Notes: generated by a model from the sequence alone, not told the origin. Shown: positions 12,680-27,335, counted from the first letter of the stretch. The stretch: 64,000 nt of DNA from Octopus vulgaris (GCA_951406725.2 OX597823.1:26288001-26352000); one strand, 5' to 3'. Program-made: numbers and translations.

Positions 12680-13745
12680 TATGGAGAGTTAAAGAGAAAA
12701 GAGAGTTGAAGAGAAAAGAAAGTCTACTGGAAAGGAGAAACCATGGTCAATTTGAAAGAAATTCATAGGATATCAAGGATAAAACAGCACCATGGATTTA
12801 GCAAGGTGGTTTGAAGTGTACCCCTGAAAGCTTGAAAATTGTAGCTCAAGACCAAACTTTTGCTACCAATTAGGTGAAGTGAAGCATCTACAAAACCTCT
12901 GACACCCAGAAATGCAGACTCTATGTAAAGAATGTGGAAAATGTAAGCCACTTGATAAGTGGATATGAGAGCTGTGGTGTATGCGAGAGATTAGAAATAA
13001 AGGCACCTACCTTCTCTTCACTCAGATGGAGACCCTTCAGCGGTAACGGATCCTTCAACACAGCCCGACCCGAACGCTAGAAATAGCAGCTGCTTCTCCC
13101 AACATTAACAACTGGGTGACCGGCCTCGAAAAAGGCAGAATCCTGCCCTCACTGCGCGCATGTCACTGCTGCCCCTTCCGGTCAGCCCCAAGTTCCAATC
13201 AGCTCCCCAGCTGCTGACGACATCCCACAAGAGCCTTGCAAAAAAGGAATGCAAATACTGCCATGAAAAAGTCTGTTTGTATCTTCTTTGGCTTTTATAT
13301 CAAAAACACCAATATAAAGTAATAGAGAATTGGTATCAGTATGTGCCTTGTAAAGTAAGGCAGGAGGATGAGAAAGCAACGATATTCTGGGATTATGATT
13401 TTCTGACTGAGAGAGTAATGGAGCATTGCTGACCGGGCATTATCATATTGGACAAGAAAGACAAATACTGTCAAATCATTGATGTAGCCATATGAAATGA
13501 CAAGAATATTGCAAGTAAAGAGGTTGAATTGGAAGTGGAGATGGCAAGACTGTTTGAAACGTGAGGGGATAATGTAAATGTGATACCAGTTGTGATCAGG
13601 GCATTAGGGTCAATCCCATTGAAACTTCAGAATATCTTTAAAGTGGTTTGGAATACATTGCAACAATGGTGTCATACAACAGTCAGCCTTGTTAGGGTAC
13701 TGCACACATTTTAAGGGAAGTATTATCTGTCTAAGGTCCGTGCTT
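12680..13745 (+). pseudogene. Degenerate R4/Dong-type fragment interrupted by a solo LTR
   Basis: VAQDQTF, KCRLC, HLISG.E|SLAKKE, IFWDY, PGIIILDK...IIDVA and VIPVVIRALG motifs with stops; a further decayed copy follows at 13820-14530. Confidence 0.75.
12973..13229. mobile_element. Solo LTR (257 bp) with 5-bp target-site duplication
   Basis: Termini TGTGG...CCACA; AGAGC duplicated at 12968-12972 and 13230-13234; GC/CpG-rich relative to flanks; removing it rejoins the host LINE motif. Confidence 0.8.
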
Positions 13746-14918
13746 CATTGCATGAAAAAATGGTGGTGGTGGTGGTGGTGGTGGTGAGGTGGCAAAGAAG
13801 AAGAAGAAGAAGAAGAAATGGAGAGAAAAACCATGGTCAATACTTGAGAAGGCTTGACAGGGGAGTAAGCCCAAAGTGAAAGTCAACAATGGCACAAAAG
13901 CTTCAGACTAAAAGTGGAAGCAGAACTGCTGATTCTCACTGCAAAAGACCAATGCCAGACCACAAACAGTTATAAAAACAAAATAATCGTAAAAGGAACC
14001 TAACAGCAAATGCAGAATGTTCAACCATCACAATGGCTGACCATATCAATCTGAGTAAACATATTGACATACAGACACACAGACTGGGCAATTTGTCTTT
14101 ACTTCAATACAGAAACAGACAAGAAGTGGTATAAACATGTAGCAAACATAATGCATGACAAAGAGCTGGTTACAGTCATCTGGGATATACCTGTCCAAAC
14201 TAACAAAGACATCAAGGAAAACTGTTCACACATAATAATGAAGAGGTTGAAAAAAAAAAACTGGTTCACACTGATAGACATTGCAGTCTCTTCAGAGAAA
14301 AATGTTACTTGAAAAGAAATCCAGGAAAACCTGTCAAAATACAAGGATCTTGAAATTAAAATATTCAAGTTGGAGAGACGATGGTGAAAAATAAATGAAG
14401 CATTAAGTATAATAAAAAAAAATATGAACTAATTCATTGAATTCATACCTGAGCTCACAGCTCTACACATTTATCCAAAAAATAACTCTGCTATGAACAG
14501 CTCACATTCTGCACAAAACATTATCAATTCAATAACACAGTTCATATAGAACAATCTTCACACACAACATACAATAAACAGCTAATAAAGTAAACCACCT
14601 GATTCACATTACACATGCCACACACAACAGAATAGATATTAATATGACACAAGAAACAACAAATTGAAATCTATAACAAAATAAACTGATGTAGTGCATT
14701 AACAGGAGAAGCAAAAAGCTGTTTGTTGTTTGATAGACAAAAAGATTATTATCTTGTTCTGAAACATGTAAGTGTTGGTGACAGAAAGGGTATCTAGCCA
14801 TTGAAAATCTTCCTCAACGAACTATTCCACCTGACACATGCAAGCATTGAAAAGTGGATGATAATGGCGATGATGATGGTAATGATGTGTGTTTGTGAGC
14901 TGTGTGTAAGCATTTTAA

Positions 14919-15137
14919 CCCTTTCATTACCAACCCGGCTGAAACCGGCTCTGGCTCTGAGTTCAAATGTCTTGTTTTCATAAGCTTTGAATTAAAATCT
15001 TCCACCAAACCTAAGTCAAAATTTATGTTCCTAACACTAGATTAATGATAACTAAGTTATCTTACTAAATTCTTTGTTAATTTAAAGTAATTGAAAGAAA
15101 CACTGAACATCTCAAAATAAATACAGTAATGAAAGGG
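14919..15137. mobile_element. TTAA-flanked MITE (piggyBac-like termini)
   Basis: TTAA|CCCTTTCATTAC ... GTAATGAAAGGG|TTAA terminal inverted repeats. Confidence 0.85.
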
Positions 15138-16720
15138 TTAAGAGTGAAACTGGCAGATAAGGAGGCGAAACTGGTAGATGACGAAAAGGCAGCTAGACTG
15201 AAGGAGATATTTGGAAGTAGAATGGAAAATACACAATTATGGTTCAAATACGACGAATTAACACCTGTGGTAAGTTTTGAAGATCTTATAGGTTTTTTGA
15301 TATAAAAAAGAAAAGATACTAACTGAATTGTAAAAACAGTAAAATGGAAGTTTCTACTTTGTTGGGTAGAAAGCCATTTCATTGTCATAATTCTTCATAC
15401 CTCATAACTCATTTGTTAATTATTATATGTACCCCACGTTTGTGTTGTCTGTCCATGTAGTGTCCCTTCTATATATAAGGCTTCATGCCTTTAATAAAGA
15501 AATATGTGTATAAGCACTTGTGTGTATGTGTGTGTGCGTGTGCATGTGTGTGGAAGTGCGTGCATGCACACGCACGTGCTTGTGTGTGTGTAGGTGAAAA
15601 GTTGTTGACTTAAGTGTTCATTATTTGTAGTTTCATAGGTATGTGAAATACATGTTCAATCATCTAATCATTCAGATGTCCATCATAAAACTTAGGGCAG
15701 ACATTTAACAATTAAACATATATGAACTTCCAAGTACTGAACACTTTATTTGAAAACTATTCTTCTATGAATATAAAATTCCACTTCATGCACTGCATTC
15801 TCATTTCTGTTGTCTGGACATTTAAATGTATAAAATGTAAGTGTTGTAAGGACATGAGTAGCAGAGTAGGTCATGTATTAGACAATCTAGTAAGAGGTGC
15901 GTGGTATCCTGTCACATATACAGCATTATAAAGTCAATGACCAAGATGCTTAACTCTGAATAGGATCAGTCCATGTAGCTGAAATTAGGAGGCTTGTAGC
16001 AACTTGTTATTCATATAAAAAGCACAAGTCATCACATGTGAGTGAGTGTGGTGTGGTAACACCTATCATGCTGTCATTGATTGTTTCAGATGTCTGTAAA
16101 AATCATAGGGACCCCTTACTTTTGATCCTACAGAACATCTAAGATGTGACAAGTGGAAAGACATGGGGCTGCACCAACCCCTGGCTGGTATTCTTTATAG
16201 TTGAATGAATTGGAGCATTATGAAATGAAAGGTTTTGCTTAAGAACACAATGCAGTGCTTATTCCAGGAATTGAAATCATGACTTTATGGACATGAGCTG
16301 AATACTGAAACCACTGAAAGGCATTCTAGCCATGACCATACCATTTTTGTTAATGATATTCTGTTATTTTATTATTTTATCCTTTCATTCTTTTAGTCAG
16401 TTAACTGTGGCCATGCTGAAGCACCACCTTGAAGGATGTTAGTCAAACAAATTGAGCCCAGGACTTATTTTTTAAGCCTAGTACTTATTCCATCAGTCTC
16501 TTTTGCCAAACCGCTAATGTACGGAGACCTAAACACACCAGTACCAGTTGTCAAGTGATGATGGGGTGGGGAGGCAAACACAGACACAAAGACACACACA
16601 CACAGCTATGTATGTATGTATGTATGTATGTATGTATGTATGTATGTATGTATGTATGTATATATATATACACACATACATACACACATACATACATACA
16701 TACATACATACATACATACA

Positions 16721-16751
<31 letters not shown>

Positions 16752-17377
16752 GTATGTGTGTGTGTGTGTGTGTGTGTGTGACAAGCTTCTTTCAGTTTCT
16801 GTCTACCAAATCCATTCACAAGACTTTGGTCAATCTGAGGCTACAGTAGAAGACGCCTGCCCAATGTACCATGCAGTGGGATTGAACATGGAACCATGTG
16901 GTTGGGAAGCAAGCTTCTTACCACACAGCTACACCTGTGCCTATGCGCAGCCACGCCTGCACCTATCTGGGTATAATGACTTATTCCTCTTCTTTTAAGA
17001 GAGTAGCTTGAAATTTGAATGAATTTCTGCTGTTATTTCTAGTAGACAGAGCACCCTTGTTCGTTTGTAAACTCAAACCTAATCATTGTAGTCGAATGAG
17101 AGAATTTATGCTGCAAAGATAACAGCTTCAATCACTCAGTGCAATCTACAAATCCTTTGTTCCAATTATACTGTGCCTCCATTTCATTGAATATTTTGAC
17201 ATGCAGTAGTTCTATAGACCAAACTGATTCAACATCTAATTTATGCTTTCAGTTAAATTTCTCCTTCCATATATTAAATGTTACAACTCAATGAACCACA
17301 GAAGCAATTGTGAAGCGTTACAAACAAACCTTCTTTTAGATTATGATTAAAATTTATTTACAGCCTTTCAACATTTC

Positions 17378-17412
17378 TTCTCTGATGAAGGACCCTGCTG
17401 GAAACATTAGAA
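17378..17412 (+). ncRNA. Degenerate minimal hammerhead-like motif
   Basis: tct-CTGATGA-aggaccctgctg-GAAA-catt-aga; helix II is weak and helix III looks CpG-decayed. Confidence 0.3.
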
Positions 17413-20400
17413 TGCTCCTCTCCTCATAACACACACACACACATATATATATATACATGGCAGTATAGCTTCTTCTGATGATAATTTCCCTACAAACTTC
17501 AATGTACAGAGCTTCAACTCCAACCACATCAATTTAATCAGTATAAGAGGAATTGCAAAGGTCAGGGCTGCCATTTCACTTCCTTCAGTTAATAAAGATA
17601 AAAAGGGGTCAGCTTTTTTACAAAAGAAAACTGAGAAGGGATTCAACAATCAGTTGTTATCTGTAAGACAGTGAACTGGTAGAGGTTTCAGAGCATTTGA
17701 TAGAATACCTTGTGGTGTTTGTCCAGCTCTGTAATCTGAATTCAAATCCTGTCAAGATCAACTTTATCTTTTATCCTTTCAAGATCAATAAAAATGTATC
17801 AATCCTTGATAATGAATTGACAATACTGTATGAATATCAGACTGAATGCCTGGTGGTATTTGTTGCACTTCTTTGCATTCTGAGTTCAAATCCCTCCATA
17901 GCCTTCTTAGGTGGTTGGCTTAATCCACCACCTAGTCTAACTCCACCACCTGACACATTTGTCTGCTGTGTTGCATGCATTCAGACGTGGATAATGAATT
18001 GTGTTGGGTATATTTTCTGAAAATAAAACGAGATGGTCATGGCTGGAAAGCTTTGATTACAGACTTGCATGTTCAGAGTTGATCTGAGGCTATACAAGAA
18101 CAATAACTTCATATAAAATAAGGACCCGTAATATAGGTACAAGGCAACCACAAATTTCGGGACTTGCCACATTTGATAATATTGATCGCCAGATCTTAAA
18201 AGCTACATATTTTATTAACTCTGGGGAGATGAAAGGTACAGTCACTTTCATGAGATTTGTTTTCAGAACCTAGAAAGAACATAACTAAATGTCAGAAAGT
18301 ATTTGATCTGGCATTCTACCAATTTTATCAATCTAGCCCCTCTGTTTACCAATTTTCTCATTCTATCACCTTTGCCCACCCCTTCCACTCAACCAATTCT
18401 TCATACTCCACCCACCTTTGTCTACCATTCTACCAATTATATTGTTCTCTATTCTTTGTCTACAACTCTACCAAATCTTTTTCCTTGCTCTACCAGTCTA
18501 CCAATACATGCCTGTCTCTCACTTTTCAAGTCAGATATGGGTACAGTGTGGTTCAGAAATTCATATCAGAACTCCATGGTTCTGAGTTCAGTCTCACTGA
18601 ATGCCATCATGAGCAAATGTCTTCTTACACAGCCTGAGATGCTGACATATTTGAACAAACTAGATTAATTGAAATAGTGATGGTAAAATAACAAATAGCA
18701 ATAACTGTAATTTGGAAATTTACTCTTTTGTTGCTAAATTTCTAGAGAATAGACTACCTAATGCTTCAATTAACTCTTAATATAATCAGATTTTGGAAGG
18801 CATCTAGTAAACTACATTTAGCTACATCTTTCTCTTTCAATGACCCTTCTTAATTCTGGGCTGTAAGCTCTTCCTCTCTCAGATCTTGTTGGTTTTGATT
18901 TGTCATCAATGCTTCTATAATTTTGTTCTTTTCTAGATAGGAGTCTTGGCCCTGTACAAATCCATACTGACCTCTGGGAAGAAGTAATCCATATTAACCT
19001 GACCATTATTCTTTAATCTATCCAGCATTGGAGGCCCTACCAGGAGATTGCACTCCGCTGGCAGAGCTCCCAGGATCATTGAGGCATACAAGCTACCACA
19101 TCACAGCAAGGACTGGACTTTGTGGTGGATGGAAATAACTTCATATAATATCATACTGATACTGACCGACTTAAATGTCATAACATGATTCACATTACAA
19201 TGAGAGTTTGATCTAGATTTTATAATTTTTACATGAACACATTAATAGAAGCAGTCTAAGATGGGTTGGTATTAAAAGCATTAAGAAGTGAAGAAGTGTT
19301 GTTATTGTTATTTAGCACTAAGTTGGCCCTGATTGAGAAAGCATTCAAGTAATAATCATTTTGTCTTATTTACAGAAATAAAGGTGTCTGATTTAGGCAC
19401 AAGGCCAATAATCTTCAGAGGAGAAGTTAGTGACTATAAAGGACCTTAGTTTATGACTGATACTTTATTTTATTGACTGCAAAGCATGAAAAGCAAAGAT
19501 GAATCCAGCAGGATTTGAACTCAGAACATAAAAAATCTGAAGAATATCAAAAAGCATTTCTTCCAACACTCTTATGACTCTGCCAGCTCATCACCTTATT
19601 TTCAGGAATTATTTACACAGGAATGTAAAAGCACGTGGCTTAATAGTTAAGTTGTTGGGCTCATGACTATAAAGCTGTGACTTTAATCCCCAGACTGGCC
19701 ACACATTATGTTCTTGGGCAAGGCACTTAATTTCATGTGGCTCCCAGCTGAAAATGAATTCTACTGAGTGCTGCCTAGCAGACTAGCCTCAAATCTTGCA
19801 AATATAAACTGTCAATGACACAAGATTACAGATGATAAGGTATTTAAGGTGTCATTATCCAAAGTGTCCTTCTTTAAGATAGCAAGGTGTGCTTTGAGGA
19901 AGATTTGTCTGATGTTTCTAGCAGTCAAGTGACCGTGTAGAGGCTCCCTTAATGACTCCTTTAAGAAGTGTGATGCGACAAGATAGTGTGACATGGGTGT
20001 TAATTATGGAAGATTCATGGTGGTTAGTGTGAAATCATTTCAGTAACAGCTGTTTGATTTTAATCTTAATCTGCATAAAAGTTAGAGCATTAAGCAGAAA
20101 GAGAGAGAGAGGGGGGTAGGGGGAGAGAGAGAGGGAGGGAGGGAGAGAGAGTGAGAGAGAAAGTCAGACAGACAGACAGAGAAAGAGTGAGGCTAGGTAT
20201 TAAAAACATCAGCTGATGTATTTAGAAGAGATGACTTTAGTGGTATGGACAAGTGGTGTGAACAGACAGTGTGAACATATGTCAGTTGTGTTGTTGAAGA
20301 TATCATAGCAGAGGAAGACCGAAAGAAGACAAGAGAGGAAGTGGTGACATTAGATCTCAGGATATGGGGTTTTCTATAGAAGACTCGACACAGGATTGAG

Positions 20401-21689
20401 ATGAGTGACAATTTATTTATTATATTACAAACCTGTAGAATCCTTAACGGGACTGGAAAAGCAGATGCTAAAATGGTGATGATGATGGTGGTATGGTGGT
20501 GGTGGTGGTGTGGTGATGGTGTTGTTGTTGGTGGTGGTGGTGACGGTAGTGATGATTATTATTGGTGGTAGTGGTAGTTATTGATGTTGGTGGTGGTGAT
20601 GATAATGGTAGTGGTGGTGGTGATGAAATGATGAAGATTAACGATGGTGATGGTCATGATAATGACAATGGCAGTGATGGTGGTGGTGGTGATGGTATTA
20701 GTGACTGGAACCATTTTGTAAATGGTAAGCCAGCTAGAAATTTCTGGACAGTGTTTCTTGGAGATATTGTTTAGGCAGTTTGCCATCATGGTTGGGCAGT
20801 TTGCCTGGCAATATCAGAATCTTTCCAATGGCATCAGCTTCGTTAACTGATATAGATGGTAAGTTAATGTAGTGTGTACCAAAGACTTTGAGCCACCACA
20901 GAAAAGTTTCAGCTTCTTCTCATCAGAGAAGTTAATCAGATGCAGTCCATCTAGTGTTTCCTTCTAGTTGTTTTGCATTAAATAGATGAGAAATAAATAT
21001 CCACATGGATAGGGTGTTAGTCTATAGCAGGTAACTTTCCCCGAATGACCTGGAAAAATATTCCTTCCATTGTTTACATCATGATCAGCTTCATCATCAC
21101 TACCATCGTCATGTAAATATCTACTCTTCTATGCTTGGATGGACTGAACAGAATTTTTTGAGGCAAATTGTCTGTAGCTGGATGCCTTTTGTGTCACCAA
21201 CCCTCGTGTGTTTCCTCATGGTCAGTTATGTGTTTAGAGAAGATTGGAAATGATCCCTGTTTGCATGACACGACATCCATCCATCCATCCATATTTACAT
21301 ACATACATTACAAACATTACAGACATACATAAATAGATACATACACACACAGACACACACATATATCTACCTACCTAACCACCTACCTAAATACATACAT
21401 ACATACAACTGGATCCTATTACCTAGCTTTCTACAAACATTGGAACAAAATTTATTTCTTTATTGCTCTTCAGGGGACTAAACATAAAGGGGACAAACAA
21501 GGACAGACAAAGGGATTAAGTCAATTACATTGACCCTGAAAGGATGAAAGCAAAGTCGACCTCGGTGGAATTTGAACTCAGAACATAAAGACAGATGAAA
21601 TACCGCTAAGCATTTCACCCAGTGTGCTAACGATTCTGCCAGCTTGCCACCCTGGAATGAAATTTGGTGAGTCCAATAAAAATGGAAAA

Positions 21690-22810
21690 ATTGTGCTCTC
21701 CTCTGAAAACCTAAAAAATAACAGCTTGACAATACAAACTTTACAGTCAGGTGACAATTATAGGTATCTTGAACAAGATGATGATGTCAGATAGGACAGA
21801 CCCATAAATAAGGTGAAGACCAGAAATGAATACCTCAGGAGAGTAAAGAGAATATTGTTTTCAGAACTTTAAGCTTACAACAAACATAGCTCACGACACC
21901 TTTGAAGTGCTTGTCCCCATGCCTATATTTCACCTTCTGAACTGATCACAACAAGAACTCAATGAGATAGGTGTTAAAATTTGGAAACCACTCAGTGTTA
22001 CCAGAAACTTTAACGTCAATGGAGATCTAGACAGGTTATATTTCCCATGCAAGGAAGGTGACCATGGTCTCACATCTGTATATTGATGTCATATAAAGCA
22101 TGGATTGTAATACTGAAACAGCATCTGAAGCAGAGGAAAGAGACCAGAAAATATCTTACCCCAGTTTGTAACCATGCAATCAACTAGGATAGCTAATGAA
22201 CTTGAAGGGAGGAATGAAATATGAGCTGATACAGATTTCTCTCTAAGCACTGGTAAAATCTGTTTAACAGAAGAACAAAATAAAAAAAAAAAAAGACTAG
22301 TTCACAGAGAAGATAGTACATGAATAATTGGCATGAAAAACACAAACCACAGAAGGGATTGATCATGTCAAAAGCTTGGCATGGAGTACTGACAAGCTTA
22401 AGGTATCCCATTTTGAAGCAACCTCCATGCAATTTAAGAACTAGAGATTTCCACCAAGTCCCTGCAGAGAATAAGTGGCAGAAAACATTGAATGACAACA
22501 AATGTAGGTTGTGCAAGACCAAGACTGAAGACATCAACCACAAGAATATTGGCGGAACTTAAAAGTTAAATACAACCTGCCAGATATTGTTGTGTGGGAT
22601 CACAAGGAAAAGATATTTTCTGTTGTGGAAATCAGCTGCCTTCAAGACACCAGTGTGGTTAGAAAAATACAAGAGAAAGAAGACATCTGTGGACTATTAG
22701 TAAGAAGTTTGCAAATCCAGTACCCAAGATACACTTTCAGCTTCATACCTATTATTATTATTGGTGCAACAGGATATGTACCAACTCATCTGGAGCCAAA
22801 GTATGACTGA
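21690..22810 (+). pseudogene. Degenerate R4/Dong-type non-LTR fragment
   Basis: YRYLEQDD, GDLDRLYFPCKEGDHGL, DNKCRLCKTKTEDINH, PDIVVWDHKEK..SVVEISC and FIPIIIIGATG motifs. Confidence 0.75.
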
Positions 22811-23251
22811 ACTTGGGTTCTTGGGGTTCAGAAACTTAGGCAGCCTGGGGCTATAGTAGAAGACATTTGTTTAGGATGTCACACGGTGGGACTGAACCCA
22901 AAACCATGTTGGTTGGGAAGAAAACTTGTCCACACAGCCATCCCTGCATCTATGAAATGAAATAATCTTTTCTACTCTAGGCACAAGGTCTGAAATTTTG
23001 GGGGAGGGGGCCAGTTGATTAGATCAACCCCAGTACACAACTGGTACGTAATTTATTGACCCAAATTCAATCTCAGCAGAATTTGAACTCAGAATGTGAA
23101 GATAGATGAAATACCATAAGCATTTCATCCCACACGCTAATGTTTCTGCCAGCTTGCCACCTTGGGATATAAACACACCAACACTTGTTGTCAAGCAGTG
23201 GTGGGGGACAGACACATAGATATACACATACATACATACATACTTACATAA

Positions 23252-23297
<46 letters not shown>

Positions 23298-24939
23298 GGT
23301 TTCTTTTAATTTCTGTTTACCAAATTCACTCACAAGGCTTTGGTTGGCCCAAGGCTATAGTAGAAGACACTTGCCCAAGGTGCCAAACAGTGGGACTGAA
23401 CCTGGAACCATGTGGTTGGTAAGCAAGCTTCTTCCCACACAACCACTCTTGCGCCTCTTATGAATTGAAATAATGAAGAATAAATGTTCTGTCCAGAAAT
23501 GTAATAAAACACTGGCAGCAGTTTTGAACTCACAATATTTTAATCCGTGCACCCATTTTACTCCTTCAAGCCATGATAGGAAAGGAATTCAACACTGCAA
23601 ATCAGCAAAATATTCATTAGATTTACATTACTCTGACATGAGCGAACAGGATGTTTCTATACCAGGGACAGGAAACTCCTTGCCCACCCTCTGACAAAAT
23701 TTCATCTTTAATCATATTTGAAGTCTCTTGCTGATGAAGTTCTCTAAAAACACTTTTGTGTAAACTACATTTTAATCCTCAAGATCAAAGCAATAATTTA
23801 ATATAAGTTGCTTTTGACACTCCATATGATTATTTAAATTATAACTGGTTAATTAAAACATTATACTTTAATTAATGTTGCTCAAAATGATAAGGTGCTC
23901 CAGCTCCAGCAATAACATCATTTTACCTCTGCTTTCCATGTCAGTATAGACTGAATGGACTATCTACTTTCAAGTCCATATTCTGAGTTGTAACCTTCCT
24001 GACGTTCTATTCTTTACTTGATTTGTATAGCTGTATGCTCTTCCTATCACCAACTACTTTACAGGGCATACTAGGTGCATTTTATCTTAATACCAGTACC
24101 AGAGAGGTTGTCAAATGCTTAACAAGACAAAAGTAAGAGTCCTCTCAATCTTATATTCTCTTCACTTAGACACTAACCACTGGGTGCATTTTGTTGTGGC
24201 ACAAGCATTAGTGAGGTTGCCTTGTACAGAGCAAGACAAAAGTATTCACTTCTCTATGCTGTCTGTTTGTTCATTGAAGGCAACATGGTCTATAGAGTGA
24301 ATAGAGAAGGCAATTGCAGATGATGAACTAATGTAAGATGAAAGAAGTGAGACTATGATGGAGAAAGAGAAATTGTGGTGACAATGTGAAAGAGAACTGA
24401 GAGAGAGAGAGAAAGACATTACAAGGCAGAGTAATGGAAGAGAGAGAGAGGGAGAGATAGAAATGGAGAGTCATGGCAGGATGCAATGCAAGATTTGCAA
24501 TTCATTTATTTTTCTTTGTACAGATGTGCTCTTGCAGTTTATGACTATTTATTTCACCTTTGGTAATAATAAAAGTACCTCAAACCTTAATAATAAAAAA
24601 ACCCCAGCTAAACGTACCTCTACCCTATTGTCTTTCAAAAGAAAAGTCTTTAAAAAGAAATGACATATAAGGGAATGTAGTCCTAGATACACAATGCCCG
24701 AAAAAAAAAGAAGGTAGTCATGACTGGATCACCATTGATTATAGGTTTGTTGCATAAACAACTGACCCAGGGACAAGCAGCAGCAGCAGCAGCAGCGGTG
24801 GCGAGGATGACAACGACAACAAGAACAACAGTATAGTACCCCCCAACTTATTTTAGTCGTAAGTTGAACTCCATTTTGCTACCTCTTTACAACCAAAAGA
24901 GACTGGATGACAAAAAGACAAAACAGCGGTTTGTTGTTG

Positions 24940-25014
24940 AGTAATATAACACGTGTTTGTGTAACAGGAAGGCGGAGTGTTGGTGATATGGTGAGATAGA
25001 CAGAGCAAGCACAA

Positions 25015-25049
<35 letters not shown>

Positions 25050-25170
25050 ACGTTTGTATGAATGTATATATGGCAATGTTTCGATATTAGTATATGACGT
25101 CACTCATGAATGATTGTGTTTGTTCAACTCTGATGAAACAATGTTATACGCTCACTCATGACGTCATAGA
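24940..25170. promoter_or_regulatory. Candidate promoter/enhancer: two perfect CRE sites plus E-box in a CpG-retaining patch
   Basis: TGACGTCA at 25095-25102 and 25159-25166, CACGTG at 24950-24955, CAGGAAGGCGGA nearby. Confidence 0.4.
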
Positions 25171-26896
25171 CTTTTACCGAAAGATCATACACACAGACGC
25201 ACGCACGCACGCATACATACACACACATATATATCGGGAGAAAGAGATTGAATGAAGAATGTTTTTAACAAGCAAAAAGGAAGCAATTTAAAAATAAAAG
25301 TAGAAGGACGGAAAACATTAAAATGTTTATTTACTCTATTGTCTATTATTGCTATTTTACCTTTAATTTTACCTATTTTTCACGAGATGGAGAGAGCGAA
25401 CGAAAGAGGAAGAGAGATAGACAGTGATAAATAGAAAGAGGAAGATAGATAGACAAAGAGAGAAACAGAGAGAGAAAGAGAGAGAGAGAGAGGTGTTTTT
25501 CCTGTTTACTCTTTTACTCTTGTTTCAGTCATTTCACTGTGGCCATGCTGGAGCACCACCTATAGCCGAGCAAATCGACTCTTAGTTTTGTCTTGTCTAA
25601 GATTGAGAATAATATTCAATGTGTAATCAAAGATAACACCAGATGTCTATCGTATTTAATTGTTCATTCTCAAATTAACCCCGGTCCGACAGACCTATGA
25701 TTAGAGGTATTCCAACCGCGACCATCCTATCTTTTAACAATATATAATTTATAAAAGACTAACGTTGTCTAAAATGCTCTTCTCTCTCTCTCTCTCTTTT
25801 TTTTTTTTATAGCTAGCAGGTTGTGATACAAGATATATCTTCTTGGATAGGGCATTTGCGCTGAGAAAAATAACGTATCTATAATGTTACCAATCCATAG
25901 ATGTGTAACTTCTATCATGTTACTGTTTTGTTCTTAAGGATTAAACCTTTATTTTTATATGAGTTTTTAGGGAACTTCGTCAGCTGGCAGTTTCCCATAA
26001 GAAAGAAAGAAAGGAGTTTTTTTTATCTCTGATAAAGGACCTTTCTATGAAGCTTGTCTACCGTATTAAGAGAATATAGAAAAAGATCTAAAGTGCATTG
26101 GATTTATTATTTATTTATTTTAATGTCCCATTGAAATAAATAATAAATATAAGTTCAAGATTAGCTGTGAGGACAGTAGTGATGAACCGAACAAGGTAAT
26201 CGAAGTTCAGAAGATGAGCGGAGCGAAGCGAGCTTTCTTCTTTTGGGATCGAATGTTAACAGGAAATCTGTGTGTTATTGCGTGAACATGCGTTAACGTG
26301 GTGTATGTGTGTGTGCATGTAAGTGTGTAAATTTGTGTGTTTAACAACGAAAATTTGTGCATGTGTTAACATGTGTATTTTAATGTGTGAACGTGTATTT
26401 GCTTTCAGGCTCTTTGTATGTGTGTGTGCTCGCGCGTGCGTGTATTCGAGTGCACATGTACTATTGCATACTTTTAAAAATTGGATCGAAAACGAAAGTG
26501 GAATCTTCAACCTCCAAGAATCCGAGTGACACAAGGGAAGTAACTCGGTATGACCTTCGTTTTGCAGTTAAATAAACCTGTATTCGCTCAATTATAGAAT
26601 GGGATTCCGATCACACTCCTCTCCTATCGACAATGGAGATTCATTTGTTCGACCAACTGAAATCTTACTCGTGAAATTATTGTTCAAGTGGCTGAGCATT
26701 TAACACAATTCTCTATGACAAGGTTGGATTTTAAAAATTAAAAGTACAACCACAGAGAGAATTGATCAGTTACTGGAGTAAAACTTTATTGATTGGCAAA
26801 AGTATGAAGATCTAGGTTAACCTCATTAGGATTTGAACACAGAATGCAGAAAATAAATCTTCAACGACCCTACCCTATCCTATCCCTAATCATCCT

Positions 26897-27335
26897 TCAT
26901 ATATTTTTTTTGGCCAAATGATTTTGAAAACTGCAAAATAAATGATAATCAGATGGGATAATGTCCAGTGAATATGGTGGGTGGGGTATCATTTCCCATT
27001 CAAACTTCTCCAGCCTTTGGAATATCATCCTCACTGTATGTAGCTGAGCATTATCCTGATGGAAGAACACCTTTTGTCTTGAAACCAAAGATGGTCGTTT
27101 TTCTTCTATCACTGACTTAAGCCACTCAAGCTGCTTGCAGTAGATCCCCTTTGTTATTGTTTGGTTTGGGTTTAAAAGTTCAAAGTGCATTAAAGCTTTC
27201 ATATCTCACTAAACAGATAATAACACCTTATGTGGGTAAAGACCTTCTTTAGCCTGGGGTACCAGTGTTTCTCCTTTCCCTACCCACTGTTTTCGGCGCT
27301 TGACATTTTTATAGAGAACCTTTTTCTCCTCACCA
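26897..27335 (-). pseudogene. Mariner transposase C-terminal fragment
   Basis: HFELL..NQTIT...YC.QL...KRP.L...VFFHQDNA..H...PHPPYSLDIIPSDYHLF (D,D34D-type motifs). Confidence 0.9.
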
